Below are positions 29,396 to 39,794 of a DNA stretch of 64,000 nt, piece by piece. The translations under genes were made by a program, and so were the position numbers. The notes under the pieces were generated by a model. That model saw only the letters and a program-made list of their open reading frames with translations, searched no databases and was not told the DNA's origin. How positions within the stretch are numbered: position 1 is the first letter of the stretch; each line of letters begins with the position of its first letter. The DNA comes from Candidatus Bathyarchaeia archaeon (lineage in GTDB: Archaea > Thermoproteota > Bathyarchaeia > Bathyarchaeales > Bathycorpusculaceae): contig JAVYWL010000001.1 in assembly GCA_038727135.1 (NCBI GenBank), positions 756,021 through 820,020 of the forward strand, given 5' to 3'.

Positions 29396-32300
29396 ATGCC
29401 CTATATCAAAAAAATAGAAATTAAAGGTTTCAAATCCTTCGGAGAGACGGCAAAAATAGTCCTAGATAAGGGTTTTACAGCCATAACAGGCCCGAATGGA
29501 AGCGGGAAAACAAATGTTGTTGACGCTGTTTTGTTCGCCCTAGGCGAATTAAGCACTAAAAGGCTTCGCGCTGAAAACGCTGCCAAACTAATTTTTCACG
29601 GTTCGGAGAAGGCTGGGCTGGAAAGGGCTAGGATGGCTAAAGTGGTTATACAGTTTGACAACTCCGATGGACGCATACCAGTTGACACGGCGACTGTCAC
29701 AATATCCCGCGAAGTCTACCGGAATGGGCAGTCGGTTTATAGGCTTAATGGAAGGCGAATCTCAAGGGTTCACATAATGGAAATTCTCTCAATCGCTGGC
29801 ATAAGCTCCACCAGCCAAAACATCGTGTTGCAAGGCACCATAACCCGCCTGACGGATATCTCTCCAATGGAAAGGCGGAAAATAATCGAAGACCTCGTTG
29901 GAATAGCCCAATACGACGCGGAAAAAGCCGAAGCTGAAGAGAAGCTTAGGGCAGCAGACATTTCCATCCGCACTGCCATGGGAAGAATAGAAGAGGTGCA
30001 AAGGCGAGTTGAAGACTTGGAAAGGGAACGCAACGAACTATTGCGGTACAACTTCCTAAAAAATGAGATTAAAAAATTCGAGGCTGTCAAGCTCTCCCAC
30101 GACATCGCGCAAATACAAGAAAAGATTAAGCGGGACTCCATTCAAGCCGAGAAGATTAAAAGCAGACTGGAAAAGATTAGGGCGCTCAGAGACCAGTACA
30201 GACAGAAGCGAAGAGAAATAGAAGGCGAATGGCGAAAACTAAGCTCAGAAATAGTCGAAGAAGGCGGTTCTCAAGTTTTTAGGGTTCAAATGAAAATAGG
30301 TGAGCTGAAATCAAAGCTTACAGAACTAGCCACAAAAATAAGCTCTGGAAAAACAAGCCTAGAAGGACTGAAACGGGTTAGGGAGAACAGCCTCCAACAA
30401 TACCAGTCCATAAGGAACGAAATCCGCGAGAACAGAATCAAAATTAGGAAGTTAAGAAGTGAATATGAACGCATAATAAGCCAAATCAACTCTAAGCAAG
30501 CGGAACACGATGCCCTTGCACAGGAAGCTGCCCAACTTTGGGAGAGCATAGGCGAAAACAGCAAGAAAATCCGCGAAATAGAACTTCAACTCGACAGAGA
30601 CTATAAGCGGCTAGCATTCTTAAGGTCTGAACATGCTAAAAGCCAAACAGCCATCAAAATCCGCGAAAGAAGACTTAGAGACCTGAGCGAGCGGAAAGAA
30701 AGATTCGCCACAACCCTCAGCGAACTCGGAAAATCCCTCGCAGAGCTAATAAAAGTCCAGAAAGAACAGAAGACGCAGCTCAAAAATTTGGAGCGTATGC
30801 TAGAACGCCGCATAGCCCAAAAAGAAGCCATAGAACGGGAAATAGCTGAAGCTGGAAAAATAGCTGAATCAGCCCGCGAAGCTGTTGTGGAGTTTGCCAC
30901 ACAGAGGGAACTTGCGGAAACCGTTGCTGCAGAAGAAAAAGCCCTAAAAAGCATAGAAGAGCTTGGCGAATTAGGCGTTATTCAAGGCGTCTATGGGCGA
31001 CTGCGCAACCTAATCAAGATTGATAAGGCTTACCAGCAAGCAATTGAAGTTGCAGCTGGAGGATGGTTGGATGCCTTGGTTGTTAAGGACTTCGACGCGG
31101 CTTTTACATGTACGGAAACCTTGCGCAGAATGAAGCTTGGGAGGATAAAGATAATCCCGCTGGAAGCAGTTTCAACCACAAAGCCGGTGAAGGTTCCAGA
31201 AGGCGGAAACATTAGTGGTGCAGCCTTCTCCTTTGTAAAATGCGCTAAACAATATGAGCCTGCCGTTTACTTTGTTTTTGGCGACACCATTGTTGTTCCA
31301 GAAGATAAAACAGCCTTTGAGCTTTCCAGCAGAGGTTACCGTGTAGTCACGGTGAACGGCGACTTATACGAGCCTGGCGGCGCTTTAGAAAGTGGTTATT
31401 ATCGTGCACCCATAGACTTTTCAGCAATAATACCAAGCGAGGCAGCGATAAAAAGCCTAGATGAGGCTGTTAGAGCTTTACAGCAACACCTTTCCAGACG
31501 TGGAAGTGACATAGCAACTCTTGAGGAGGAAATAGACAGAACCAGAGTTGAAATTGCCCGCTTGTCCGAAGCCATAACAACACTTGATAGGGAAATCTCC
31601 CGCGTGAAAAGAAGCATAAAAAGAACAAAGTCAAACGTCAGAAGAATAGAGTCCAACATAAAGCGCATTGAAGGCGAGATTGAGGCTGAAAAGGCAAAAA
31701 TATGGACTTATAGGGCTGAAAGAAGCACATTGCAAAAGGAGATACGCAAACTTCAAAGCGAGTTAGCGAGCCTAAGGCGGAAGGTCGACCCCGCAAACAT
31801 TCAAGAGATGGAGGTTAAACGTGAAAAGCTGGCGGAGGAAATAAACACTTTAAGGCAGAAGCTTGGAGCAGTCCAAACAGAAATTTCAACCCTTCAGTCA
31901 CAGTTTGACAATGTTTTAAGAGTGGGTTATAAAAATGCTAAAATCCAGCTGGCAAAAGTTGAGCAGCAACTACGGAAAGTCGAAAGCGAAGTTGAGGAGG
32001 CGCTCCAAGAGAGGGAAAAACTAAAGCAAGAGCTAGCTGAGCTGGAGAAAAGCCGCATCGAACTCTCGAAAACTGTTCTATCGGCAAAGGAGGAGGCTCA
32101 AAAATTCTCAAACCAACTAGACGAGATAGATAAGGAACTCCGCAAAATCGAAGCTGAATATGAGGAAACAGACCGGCTGCTAAACCAGTACCAGCTAAAC
32201 ATCCAAACATCCATGATACAACTGGAACAGTGGCGGAACCAGCTTAGGCAATTTGGCTATGAAAAACCCCTAGAGGTCACAGTCAAAGAAGTTGAAGAGG

Positions 32301-32944
32301 CAGAAGCCTCATTACGGATGCTCCAATTCGAACTGGAGCGGATAAGCGGTGTCAACCAGCTTGCGCTTTCCCACTATGCCGAGCAAATCTCCCGTTACAA
32401 GGAGCTCTCCTTGAGGATGAATGAGCTGGAAAGGGAGAAGCAAGCCATCCTAAAGTTTATGGAGGAAATTGAAAGCAAAAAGCATAAGGTGTTCACGGAA
32501 GCCTTTGAAAAAATAAACCAAAACCTGCAAAAGTACTTCTCCAAACTTACCGGCGGTGGGGCAGCCAATCTAATTTTGGAGAATCCAGAAGAGCCCTTTT
32601 CCGGTGGCATAGACATGATCGTCCAGTTTCCCAACAAGCCGTCCATCGTGGTCAGCGGTGCCAGCGGTGGTGAACGTTCAGTGGCAGCCGTAGCCTTTCT
32701 CTTCGCCATAAAAGACTTCACACCAGCATCCTTCTACATACTTGACGAGATTGACGCACACCTAGACGCTTTCCACGTGTCAAGACTTGCTGACGTCTTG
32801 CTAGAGGAGTCCGAGAAAGCCCAATTTATTGTTATTACGTTAAAGCCTGAAATGGTTAACAAAGCTCAAAAGGTCTATGGGGTTTACGGGCGCAACGGCG
32901 TTTCATATGTTGTTTCAGCCAAGTTCCTAGAGGTGCCAAGCTAG
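29396..32944 (+). CDS. smc: Chromosome segregation protein SMC
   Basis: GFKSF, Walker A GPNGSGKT, coiled coils, hinge (GVYGRL..., VTVNGD...GG), SGGE signature, Walker B ILDEID. Confidence 0.97.
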   Translation: MPYIKKIEIKGFKSFGETAKIVLDKGFTAITGPNGSGKTNVVDAVLFALGELSTKRLRAENAAKLIFHGSEKAGLERARMAKVVIQFDNSDGRIPVDTATVTISREVYRNGQSVYRLNGRRISRVHIMEILSIAGISSTSQNIVLQGTITRLTDISPMERRKIIEDLVGIAQYDAEKAEAEEKLRAADISIRTAMGRIEEVQRRVEDLERERNELLRYNFLKNEIKKFEAVKLSHDIAQIQEKIKRDSIQAEKIKSRLEKIRALRDQYRQKRREIEGEWRKLSSEIVEEGGSQVFRVQMKIGELKSKLTELATKISSGKTSLEGLKRVRENSLQQYQSIRNEIRENRIKIRKLRSEYERIISQINSKQAEHDALAQEAAQLWESIGENSKKIREIELQLDRDYKRLAFLRSEHAKSQTAIKIRERRLRDLSERKERFATTLSELGKSLAELIKVQKEQKTQLKNLERMLERRIAQKEAIEREIAEAGKIAESAREAVVEFATQRELAETVAAEEKALKSIEELGELGVIQGVYGRLRNLIKIDKAYQQAIEVAAGGWLDALVVKDFDAAFTCTETLRRMKLGRIKIIPLEAVSTTKPVKVPEGGNISGAAFSFVKCAKQYEPAVYFVFGDTIVVPEDKTAFELSSRGYRVVTVNGDLYEPGGALESGYYRAPIDFSAIIPSEAAIKSLDEAVRALQQHLSRRGSDIATLEEEIDRTRVEIARLSEAITTLDREISRVKRSIKRTKSNVRRIESNIKRIEGEIEAEKAKIWTYRAERSTLQKEIRKLQSELASLRRKVDPANIQEMEVKREKLAEEINTLRQKLGAVQTEISTLQSQFDNVLRVGYKNAKIQLAKVEQQLRKVESEVEEALQEREKLKQELAELEKSRIELSKTVLSAKEEAQKFSNQLDEIDKELRKIEAEYEETDRLLNQYQLNIQTSMIQLEQWRNQLRQFGYEKPLEVTVKEVEEAEASLRMLQFELERISGVNQLALSHYAEQISRYKELSLRMNELEREKQAILKFMEEIESKKHKVFTEAFEKINQNLQKYFSKLTGGGAANLILENPEEPFSGGIDMIVQFPNKPSIVVSGASGGERSVAAVAFLFAIKDFTPASFYILDEIDAHLDAFHVSRLADVLLEESEKAQFIVITLKPEMVNKAQKVYGVYGRNGVSYVVSAKFLEVPS

Positions 32945-32945
32945 A

Positions 32946-33641
32946 ATGGCAGCAACCATCAAAAAGCCCTTTTACCTTCGTCCGCCATGGAACATCCTCT
33001 TCGAGTTCCACAAACTTGAAAAGTTAACGCCATGGAACATAAACATAGCTTATCTGCTAACAACTTTCCTAGAAGAGATGGAGAAAACCGGACAGATTGA
33101 TTTTAGGGCTTCAGGCGTAGCCTTAGACTCTTCAGCCCTCATATATCTAATGAAGTCAAAGCTTCTCCTAAAACTTGAGGAGCCGCCACCACCGCCAAAG
33201 CCACCATTAGACTTTATCCCACCACCACTCCTTCTGCCGCTAAGACACGAGCTAACATCAACAACTATACGCCACTTACTAGAGGTGTTGGACGACGTTT
33301 TAAAGGGGGAAGCACTCTTTCGCCTAGAAAAAACCCCGGCGGAGCCTATTCTGCCAGCCCCTTCTGAAATCTTCCCACAAATAGATTATTACCTCATGGA
33401 AATTGAGCTTCAAATGGAAAGGCTCTACAAGTCCCTCTACGAAATGGTGAAGGGTTCTGGAATAATTCAGTTTTCAACCATAATTGGGGGAATGGCGCGC
33501 CTTGAAGCCATACGCACATTCATTCTCTTACTCTTCTTGGCTCAAGAGGGAAAAGTAAGCCTTTACCAAGACGAAGAAACAGAAGAAATATACATCACAA
33601 TTGGAGGACAAGACGCTGCAAATGAAAGCCCAATCCAATGA
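32946..33641 (+). CDS. scpA: Segregation/condensation protein A (kleisin)
   Basis: PWNINI motif, C-terminal TFILLLFLAQEGKV winged helix, directly after smc. Confidence 0.85.
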   Translation: MAATIKKPFYLRPPWNILFEFHKLEKLTPWNINIAYLLTTFLEEMEKTGQIDFRASGVALDSSALIYLMKSKLLLKLEEPPPPPKPPLDFIPPPLLLPLRHELTSTTIRHLLEVLDDVLKGEALFRLEKTPAEPILPAPSEIFPQIDYYLMEIELQMERLYKSLYEMVKGSGIIQFSTIIGGMARLEAIRTFILLLFLAQEGKVSLYQDEETEEIYITIGGQDAANESPIQ

Positions 33642-34203
33642 TGCAGGAAAAACCGTCAGCGATCTTGCACTAGTTGAGGCTGCGATGTATGTTGCTGGTC
33701 GCCCCCTAGACCTCTCAGAAATATGCTCAGTTCTAAAAACCCGCTCGAGAAATAAGGCTAAGCGGCTTGTAAAAATGTTGATGCAAGAATATGCAAAAAG
33801 GGACACAGCCCTAGAGATTCTCGAACTAAAGGATGAGAGATTCGTTTTACAACTCAAAGCAGAATTTACACCCTATGTCCGAAAACTTGTTAAGAAGCCG
33901 TTGCTCTCCACTGGTCCGTTAAAGACGCTTTCCTACATTGCTTTGAGACAGCCAGTCTCTCAGAAGCGGGTTGTTGAAGTTCGGGGACACCACGCCTACG
34001 GACATATTAAACTGCTAGAGGAAATGGGCTTAGTCGCTGTGGAACGTAAAGGGCGTGCCTCCATTTTAAGGACGACGGATTACTTTGCAGACTATTTTGG
34101 TTTAAGCCACGATATTCCAACTATGAAGAGGGAGCTGAAAAGAATTTTGGAAGGAGAAAAAGCTTCGGAAGAAGCCACTCAAACATCAACTTTAAACGTT
34201 TAG
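33601..34203 (+). CDS. scpB: Segregation/condensation protein B
   Basis: VEAAMYVAGRPL, LKTLSYIALRQPV, TTDYFADYFGL. Confidence 0.92.
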   Translation: MEDKTLQMKAQSNDAGKTVSDLALVEAAMYVAGRPLDLSEICSVLKTRSRNKAKRLVKMLMQEYAKRDTALEILELKDERFVLQLKAEFTPYVRKLVKKPLLSTGPLKTLSYIALRQPVSQKRVVEVRGHHAYGHIKLLEEMGLVAVERKGRASILRTTDYFADYFGLSHDIPTMKRELKRILEGEKASEEATQTSTLNV

Positions 34204-34292
34204 CATTTTAAAAACGGATAGGTTTATATGCAAATTAGCGTGATAGTGAACAAGCCCGTAAAGTATCAACCAACCAGAAGAGAGGATTAGAA

Positions 34293-34691
34293 ATGTCAGT
34301 TTGGCACGGCGACCTACACAAAAGAAAACCAACAGGAGGTAAAAGACGACCATACCGTGGGAAAAGAAAATTTGAACAAGGCTCATTCCCAGTGGAAACG
34401 GTTTTAGGCGAACCTAAAAGAAAAGTTGAGCGGGGAAGGGGCGGCAACATCAAGGTGAAAGTTTTAAGCGAAAAATACGCTTGCGTAACAGACCTAAAAA
34501 CTGGAAAAACAGAAAAAGCCGAAATTCTGCGAGTTGTTAAAAACCCAGCGAACGTTGACTACGACAGAAGAGGCGTAATAACAAAAGGCGCCATAATAGA
34601 AACATCACTTGGCTTGGCACGGGTAACATCCAGACCGGGTCAAAACGGCGTAATAAACGCTGTCTTAATAGGCGAAGAAGAGGCAAGCTAA
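34293..34691 (+). CDS. rps8e: 30S ribosomal protein S8e
   Basis: KRKPTGGK, RGRGGNIK, ITKGAII, VTSRPGQNG. Confidence 0.97.
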   Translation: MSVWHGDLHKRKPTGGKRRPYRGKRKFEQGSFPVETVLGEPKRKVERGRGGNIKVKVLSEKYACVTDLKTGKTEKAEILRVVKNPANVDYDRRGVITKGAIIETSLGLARVTSRPGQNGVINAVLIGEEEAS

Positions 34692-34696
34692 CCAGC

Positions 34697-35005
34697 CTAA
34701 GCAGATTTCGCCGTAATCGCGGCACCGCGAATTTTCTGCAACTGTCTTGCAATTTTCTTAAGCAACTGATTTTTAGCTTCCTTTTTGGCTACCAATAGCA
34801 TGCCAGTTTTAAGCCAAGGAGTCTTCGGATAACTCACATCCACCACAAGTTCACATTCTAAACCAAGCTTTTCCGCTGCTTCCTTAAGTTCCGTGATTTT
34901 GGGAGAAGGCACAGCCAAGCTCTTCGATATTTTTCTTCCTTCTCCTCTGGTTTTTGTCGAATCAAAGTATGCTGGCCACAAAATAACCTTATCTTGCTTA
35001 CGCAT
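34697..35005 (-). CDS. srp19: Signal recognition particle protein SRP19
   Basis: ILWPAYFDSTKTRGEGRK, YPKTPW. Confidence 0.93.
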   Translation of the reverse strand: MRKQDKVILWPAYFDSTKTRGEGRKISKSLAVPSPKITELKEAAEKLGLECELVVDVSYPKTPWLKTGMLLVAKKEAKNQLLKKIARQLQKIRGAAITAKSA

Positions 35006-35014
35006 CCAACATCC

Positions 35015-36775
35015 CTACTTATGCGCATAATAAGCCGTAATTTTAGCGTTAACTGTGTCTATTCTCACAAAGCCGAACCTTTCAAACTGCACTATGTCGT
35101 TCGGCTTTAAGTCTTTGCATGCTTTTTCAGCTATTCCCTCGGTTATAGTGGCATCTGGCATTATAACTTGACAAGGCATGTCCATCCCCATTGGCACCCA
35201 ATGAATTAGAGGCGCTTCAACTTTCCTAGCCTCTTCATAGGACTCGCTTTCAAAATCAGCCTCAATAGAATAGGCTTCAACCTGCTCAATCTTTATGTTG
35301 AACAACTCCATAAGCCGAACAACCTTTCCCACAGCCAAAACCTTCAAATCCATTCTTGAAATCCAAAACAGAGCCTCGCCATCAGCCTCAGAAGGCTTTA
35401 TTACGTATTCTTTAAAGCCTCTTTCTGGATACTCTGGATGTAAACGAAGCTTAACCGTAAATGTTCGCGGAATATGCCTAACCAAAAGCTGAACCGGATT
35501 CGGCACAAAAAAGTACCTATTCACTTTTGGATCTAGGATTTTGCGATTATAAGCGTAAAGGTTCTCCCAGCTCAAAACAACATCGGAAGTTTTCGGGCCT
35601 ACATCAGTTATGAGCTTCTTGATGGCCGCGGGGATTATTCCACGCCTCCTCAAGGCTGCAAAAGTCGCCAGTCTGGGGTCATCCCATCCCTTGTATAGGC
35701 CTTCCCTTATTCCTTGAACGATTTTTGACTTGCTTAGATGTGCGCCTTTAATCTTCAGTCTGCCGTAGTGAATTGCCTCCGGATAACGCCAGCCCAAATG
35801 CCTATACATGTACTCCTGCCGGACCATATTTGTTAGGTGTTCTTTGCCTCGTATTATGTGGGTTACACCCATTAAATGGTCGTCTAATCCGCATGCAAAA
35901 TTGTAGAGGGGCCAGACGCGATATCTTGTTCCAACCCTTGGATGTGGATATTGTTCGATGTCTATTACGCGGAGGGCTGGCCAGTCTCTGACGGCTGGGT
36001 TTGGATGGGTTAAGTCTGTTTTGATACGTACTACTGCTTCGCCTTCTTTATATTTGCCTTCAAGCATGCTGTCCCATCTTTCAAGATGCTCCTCTGGCGG
36101 TAAGTTGCGGCATGGGCAAGGCTTATGGGCTAGCACTTTTTCTCTGAAGGCTTGTGGTTGGCATGTGCAAACGTAGGCGTTGCCGTCCTCCAGCAGCTTT
36201 TTCGCATATTCATAGTAAATGGGGACTCTGTCGCTTTGAATATATTCCTCATCAGGTTTACACTCTAACCATTCCAAGTCTTCCCTAATTCGGTCGTAAA
36301 ACTCCAGAACAGGCCTTTTCAGCTTGGGGTCTGTATCCTCAAAGCGCAAAATGAACTTGCCATTATACATGCGGGCATACTCGTAACAGAGTACTATGGC
36401 TCTAGCGGAGCCCAAGTGCAGAACACAGTCAGGGTTTGGCGAGAAACGTGTGACAATTTCCCGGTACTTGTCAGCGTTCGGCAATGGAGGGAGCTTCTTC
36501 TCCTCTTCTTCAACCTTTTCTTTTGTGAGGGTTTCAGGCCACTTCTCTTCGACAATCCGTATCTGTTCGCTTAACGAGAGACTGTTGACCTCATCAACAA
36601 CCTCTTTTATTAGGGCGGTTAGCTCCTTTGCTTTGGTTCGCAATTCTGGCCTTTCAGCTAAAACCTTTCCTACAACCGGGCCTGTCTGGGCTTTTCCGTC
36701 ATGCCTTATGGCGTTTAGTAACGCAAACTTTCGAATAATCTCCCTTAATTCTTCGTCCTCCCTAATCTGGTTCAA
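35015..36775 (-). CDS. gltX: Glutamyl-tRNA synthetase
   Basis: RFSPNP, HLGS (HIGH-like), RFEDTDP, LSKSK, GWDDPRL, QFERFGF. Confidence 0.96.
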   Translation of the reverse strand: MNQIREDEELREIIRKFALLNAIRHDGKAQTGPVVGKVLAERPELRTKAKELTALIKEVVDEVNSLSLSEQIRIVEEKWPETLTKEKVEEEEKKLPPLPNADKYREIVTRFSPNPDCVLHLGSARAIVLCYEYARMYNGKFILRFEDTDPKLKRPVLEFYDRIREDLEWLECKPDEEYIQSDRVPIYYEYAKKLLEDGNAYVCTCQPQAFREKVLAHKPCPCRNLPPEEHLERWDSMLEGKYKEGEAVVRIKTDLTHPNPAVRDWPALRVIDIEQYPHPRVGTRYRVWPLYNFACGLDDHLMGVTHIIRGKEHLTNMVRQEYMYRHLGWRYPEAIHYGRLKIKGAHLSKSKIVQGIREGLYKGWDDPRLATFAALRRRGIIPAAIKKLITDVGPKTSDVVLSWENLYAYNRKILDPKVNRYFFVPNPVQLLVRHIPRTFTVKLRLHPEYPERGFKEYVIKPSEADGEALFWISRMDLKVLAVGKVVRLMELFNIKIEQVEAYSIEADFESESYEEARKVEAPLIHWVPMGMDMPCQVIMPDATITEGIAEKACKDLKPNDIVQFERFGFVRIDTVNAKITAYYAHK

Positions 36776-36791
36776 GGCTTAACACGACGCT

Positions 36792-37868
36792 TCAAATCTT
36801 TCTCTCAATAAGGAATCTTGCAAAAGCGTTTAACTTTTCCTTTGCTTCCGACTCTGGAAGAAGTTTTTCCACATTTTTCCAGCTTTCTTCAACAATTTTT
36901 CTGGCAAAGTTTTTCGCATATTCAATTGAGCCATACTTTTGCATTATCGCTATTGCCTCATCCCTCAACTTCTGGTCTGAAGTATGCATCCTTAAAATCT
37001 CAATTAGCCTTTTTCTGTCCTTAGCGTTTGCAACCTTTAATGTATGAATCACGATGAGGGTGCGTTTTCCCTCTGTTATATCTTGTCCTCTTCCACCTTT
37101 TTTCTCGGCAAACTCCTCTCCGATCAAATCCAGCACATCATCCTGTATTTGGAAGGCAACTCCTATGCTTTCTGCAAAGTGTCCAAGCTTCTCAACAAGC
37201 TCGTCTGGGGCGTCAGCCACCACAGCGGCGATTTTGGCAGCCATCCTCGCTAAAGTCCCGGTCTTGTAGGCGCACATCTGTAAATAGTTTTCTTCTTTTA
37301 ACTGGTCGGCGTTCGCCAAGCCCTTGTGCCAGGCTATGTCCATGGCTTGTCCTAGGCTGAGGTTTATCATTTCTTGCACATAAATCTCATAAATTCTCGC
37401 AAGCTTCTCGGAGCCAAGCTTCTCACGGTTTTCCATCAATGGCAAAAGTGGGAGGTAATACATGGTGTTTCCAGCGTTTATGGCTATGTCCAAACCGTAA
37501 ATTTTGTATGTGCATGGCTTACCTCTGCGGAATTCGGAGGCGTCTTCAATGTCGTCTATCATTAACGTTCCGTTGTGCACAACTTCAGGGATTATGGCAT
37601 AATCCACATAGTCTTCAGGATTTTTGCCCAAAGCCTCACATATTAGCAGGAAGAGGGTTGGACGCCACCTTTTTCCACCTCTGTCAAGAAACTCCCAAAT
37701 TGGTTCAGCCACAGCCTTGTTTATCGCCTCGATGTTGTATGCGTATTTTGGCGGGCTAATTTTGAAGATGATAGCCTCCTTTGAGAAGATTCTTGGTATG
37801 TACTTCTCAATAGCCTTGTTTATGATGGCTGCCTTTTCTTCAAGAAGCTTTTCTATGTCAAAACTCAA
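36792..37868 (-). CDS. Polyprenyl (geranylgeranyl) diphosphate synthase
   Basis: GGKRWRP, DDIED (FARM), RRG, GQAMD, FQIQDDVLD (SARM). Confidence 0.95.
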   Translation of the reverse strand: MSFDIEKLLEEKAAIINKAIEKYIPRIFSKEAIIFKISPPKYAYNIEAINKAVAEPIWEFLDRGGKRWRPTLFLLICEALGKNPEDYVDYAIIPEVVHNGTLMIDDIEDASEFRRGKPCTYKIYGLDIAINAGNTMYYLPLLPLMENREKLGSEKLARIYEIYVQEMINLSLGQAMDIAWHKGLANADQLKEENYLQMCAYKTGTLARMAAKIAAVVADAPDELVEKLGHFAESIGVAFQIQDDVLDLIGEEFAEKKGGRGQDITEGKRTLIVIHTLKVANAKDRKRLIEILRMHTSDQKLRDEAIAIMQKYGSIEYAKNFARKIVEESWKNVEKLLPESEAKEKLNAFARFLIERKI

Positions 37869-37877
37869 GGTTAACCC

Positions 37878-38975
37878 TCACCCTCTTCTCGCATAAACTT
37901 CTATGTCAAAGCCCCTTAACCTAAGCCACTCAGCCGTCTTCCCAACAATCACGAGGGACACTTTATGCAGCTGCTGAGTATTTTCAGCCCCAACGAGAAA
38001 CATAGTGTTCCTAAGCTCTTCTAACAATATACGCAACATTTTTCTTGTTTGTCTAACGCCTTCAACAGCCACCTGCAAAACCGGTTGTGCAAGAGCCGCG
38101 AGGCTTGCCCCCAAAGCTAGAGCTTTAGCTGCATCCAATCCACTGCGCACTCCACCAGAGGCTATAACTGGGATGCTGACAGTTTGTGCAACTTCAACTA
38201 TGCTTATCGCTGTTGGTATCCCCCAATCCCAAAAAACTTCGCCTAACCTGCGATTGTAGGCGTTTCTCCTACCTTTTGCACGAAAATACTCTACTGCGGC
38301 AAAGCTTGTGCCGCCGGCACCACTTACATCAATGCCCTTTACACCAGCAGCCTCAAGCTTTTTCGCTTCTTCCGCGGCTATACCTGCTCCAGTTTCTTTC
38401 ACAATTACCGGTTTGTCAAGCTCTTTGGCAATTTCACTTATCTTTTCAAGCACTCCCTTAAAGCTTGTTTCGCCTTCCGGCTGCACAGCCTCTTGAAGAG
38501 GGTTCAAGTGTATGGCTAGGGCATCAGCGTCAATCATTTCTATGGCTTTTCTTGCCTCTTTTATGTTGTAGCCTTTGGCGAGTTGTATTCCACCGATGTT
38601 CGCCATTAAGAAGGCTGTGGGCGCTTTTTTCCTAACTATTGCAAAGGTTTTCTCTAGCCTTCGGTCTTCTAATGCAGCCCTTTGACTTCCAACGCCCATT
38701 CCAAGCCCAAATTCCTCAACAACAGTGGCTATTGTAGCGTTAATTTTCCTAGCTTCGCTTGTTCCACCGGTTATAGCGCTGACTATTATTGGTGCAGAAA
38801 ACTTGTGGTTAAAAACCGTTGTTGAAAGGTTTATCTTGTCCTTGTTAACCTCCGGTAAGGCTCTGTGAACAAAGTACACGTCTTCAAATCCCGTCGTGAT
38901 CTTTTTTGCTTGGACATTGCAGGTTGTGGCTATGCGGATGTGGTCTGCTTTACGCTTTCTGGTTTTTTCAGCCAA
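37878..38975 (-). CDS. fni: Type 2 isopentenyl-diphosphate isomerase
   Basis: RKADHI, GVGSQR, HLNPLQE, KETGAG, GAGGTSF. Confidence 0.95.
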   Translation of the reverse strand: MAEKTRKRKADHIRIATTCNVQAKKITTGFEDVYFVHRALPEVNKDKINLSTTVFNHKFSAPIIVSAITGGTSEARKINATIATVVEEFGLGMGVGSQRAALEDRRLEKTFAIVRKKAPTAFLMANIGGIQLAKGYNIKEARKAIEMIDADALAIHLNPLQEAVQPEGETSFKGVLEKISEIAKELDKPVIVKETGAGIAAEEAKKLEAAGVKGIDVSGAGGTSFAAVEYFRAKGRRNAYNRRLGEVFWDWGIPTAISIVEVAQTVSIPVIASGGVRSGLDAAKALALGASLAALAQPVLQVAVEGVRQTRKMLRILLEELRNTMFLVGAENTQQLHKVSLVIVGKTAEWLRLRGFDIEVYARRG

Positions 38976-38978
38976 ACT

Positions 38979-39794
38979 TTATTCCTTCTCTATAAGTGTT
39001 CCCCTAACCCGTTCTCCCTTTAGGGCTTTATAGATATATCGGGGCTTTGTAGCATTAACCATTAAAACTGGAATTCCAAGCTCAACCGCGGGAATAAGCT
39101 CAGCAATCTTATTTGCCATCCCGCCCGTCACATCACAAGCGTTTGACCCACCCAAAAGCTTCTGAACATTTTTAAGCTCCGCCAAAGTTAAACGGTCGAA
39201 CATCTTGGCTTTCACGTCGGTCTTCGGATCAGCGTCATACAATCCGTCCACATCAACGCCAATCACAATATTTTTTGCGCTGAACCGCATGGCTAAGAAC
39301 GCGACAAGCTGGTCTCCAGACAATATTGTGAAGCCTAACTTTGTGTCAAAGACGGCGTCTCCGTAGAGGACCGGAATAAAGCCCATTTTCATAAGCTGTT
39401 TGAGGGGAGAATCTTCAAAGCACATTATTCTGCCATTCTGCGTCATTATGCACGAAGAAGGTGTGATGCTTACTGCTGGTATGCCCCGCCATATTAAGGC
39501 GTCCATAAAAAGTCCATTAAGCACCGTCATAACGTGGTGGGTTTCTGCAAACCCTATTATTTGTGACTCCTCTTTAAAGCCTTCTTTTATGGCGTGTTTT
39601 TGCGCCACTGGGTGGCCAAAACTTCCGCCGCCATGCACAATTATCAAGTTTTTAGTGTTTGCTTCAAGTATTTCGTCTGCTATTCGACTTATGGCTTCCA
39701 TTTGAACACCAAGCTCTCTGCTCTTATCCGTTATTACGGAGCCGCCAATCTTCAGAACAGTCGGTCTAGGTTGGCTCAATTCTAACCCCCTCAT
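38979..39794 (-). CDS. ipk: Isopentenyl phosphate kinase
   Basis: LKIGGSVITDK, HGGGSFGH, SGDQL, DVTGGM. Confidence 0.93.
   Translation of the reverse strand: MRGLELSQPRPTVLKIGGSVITDKSRELGVQMEAISRIADEILEANTKNLIIVHGGGSFGHPVAQKHAIKEGFKEESQIIGFAETHHVMTVLNGLFMDALIWRGIPAVSITPSSCIMTQNGRIMCFEDSPLKQLMKMGFIPVLYGDAVFDTKLGFTILSGDQLVAFLAMRFSAKNIVIGVDVDGLYDADPKTDVKAKMFDRLTLAELKNVQKLLGGSNACDVTGGMANKIAELIPAVELGIPVLMVNATKPRYIYKALKGERVRGTLIEKE

Noticed and set aside
32650-32680. SMC signature ASGGE instead of LSGGE
   Set aside because: Single conservative change with all other ATPase motifs intact
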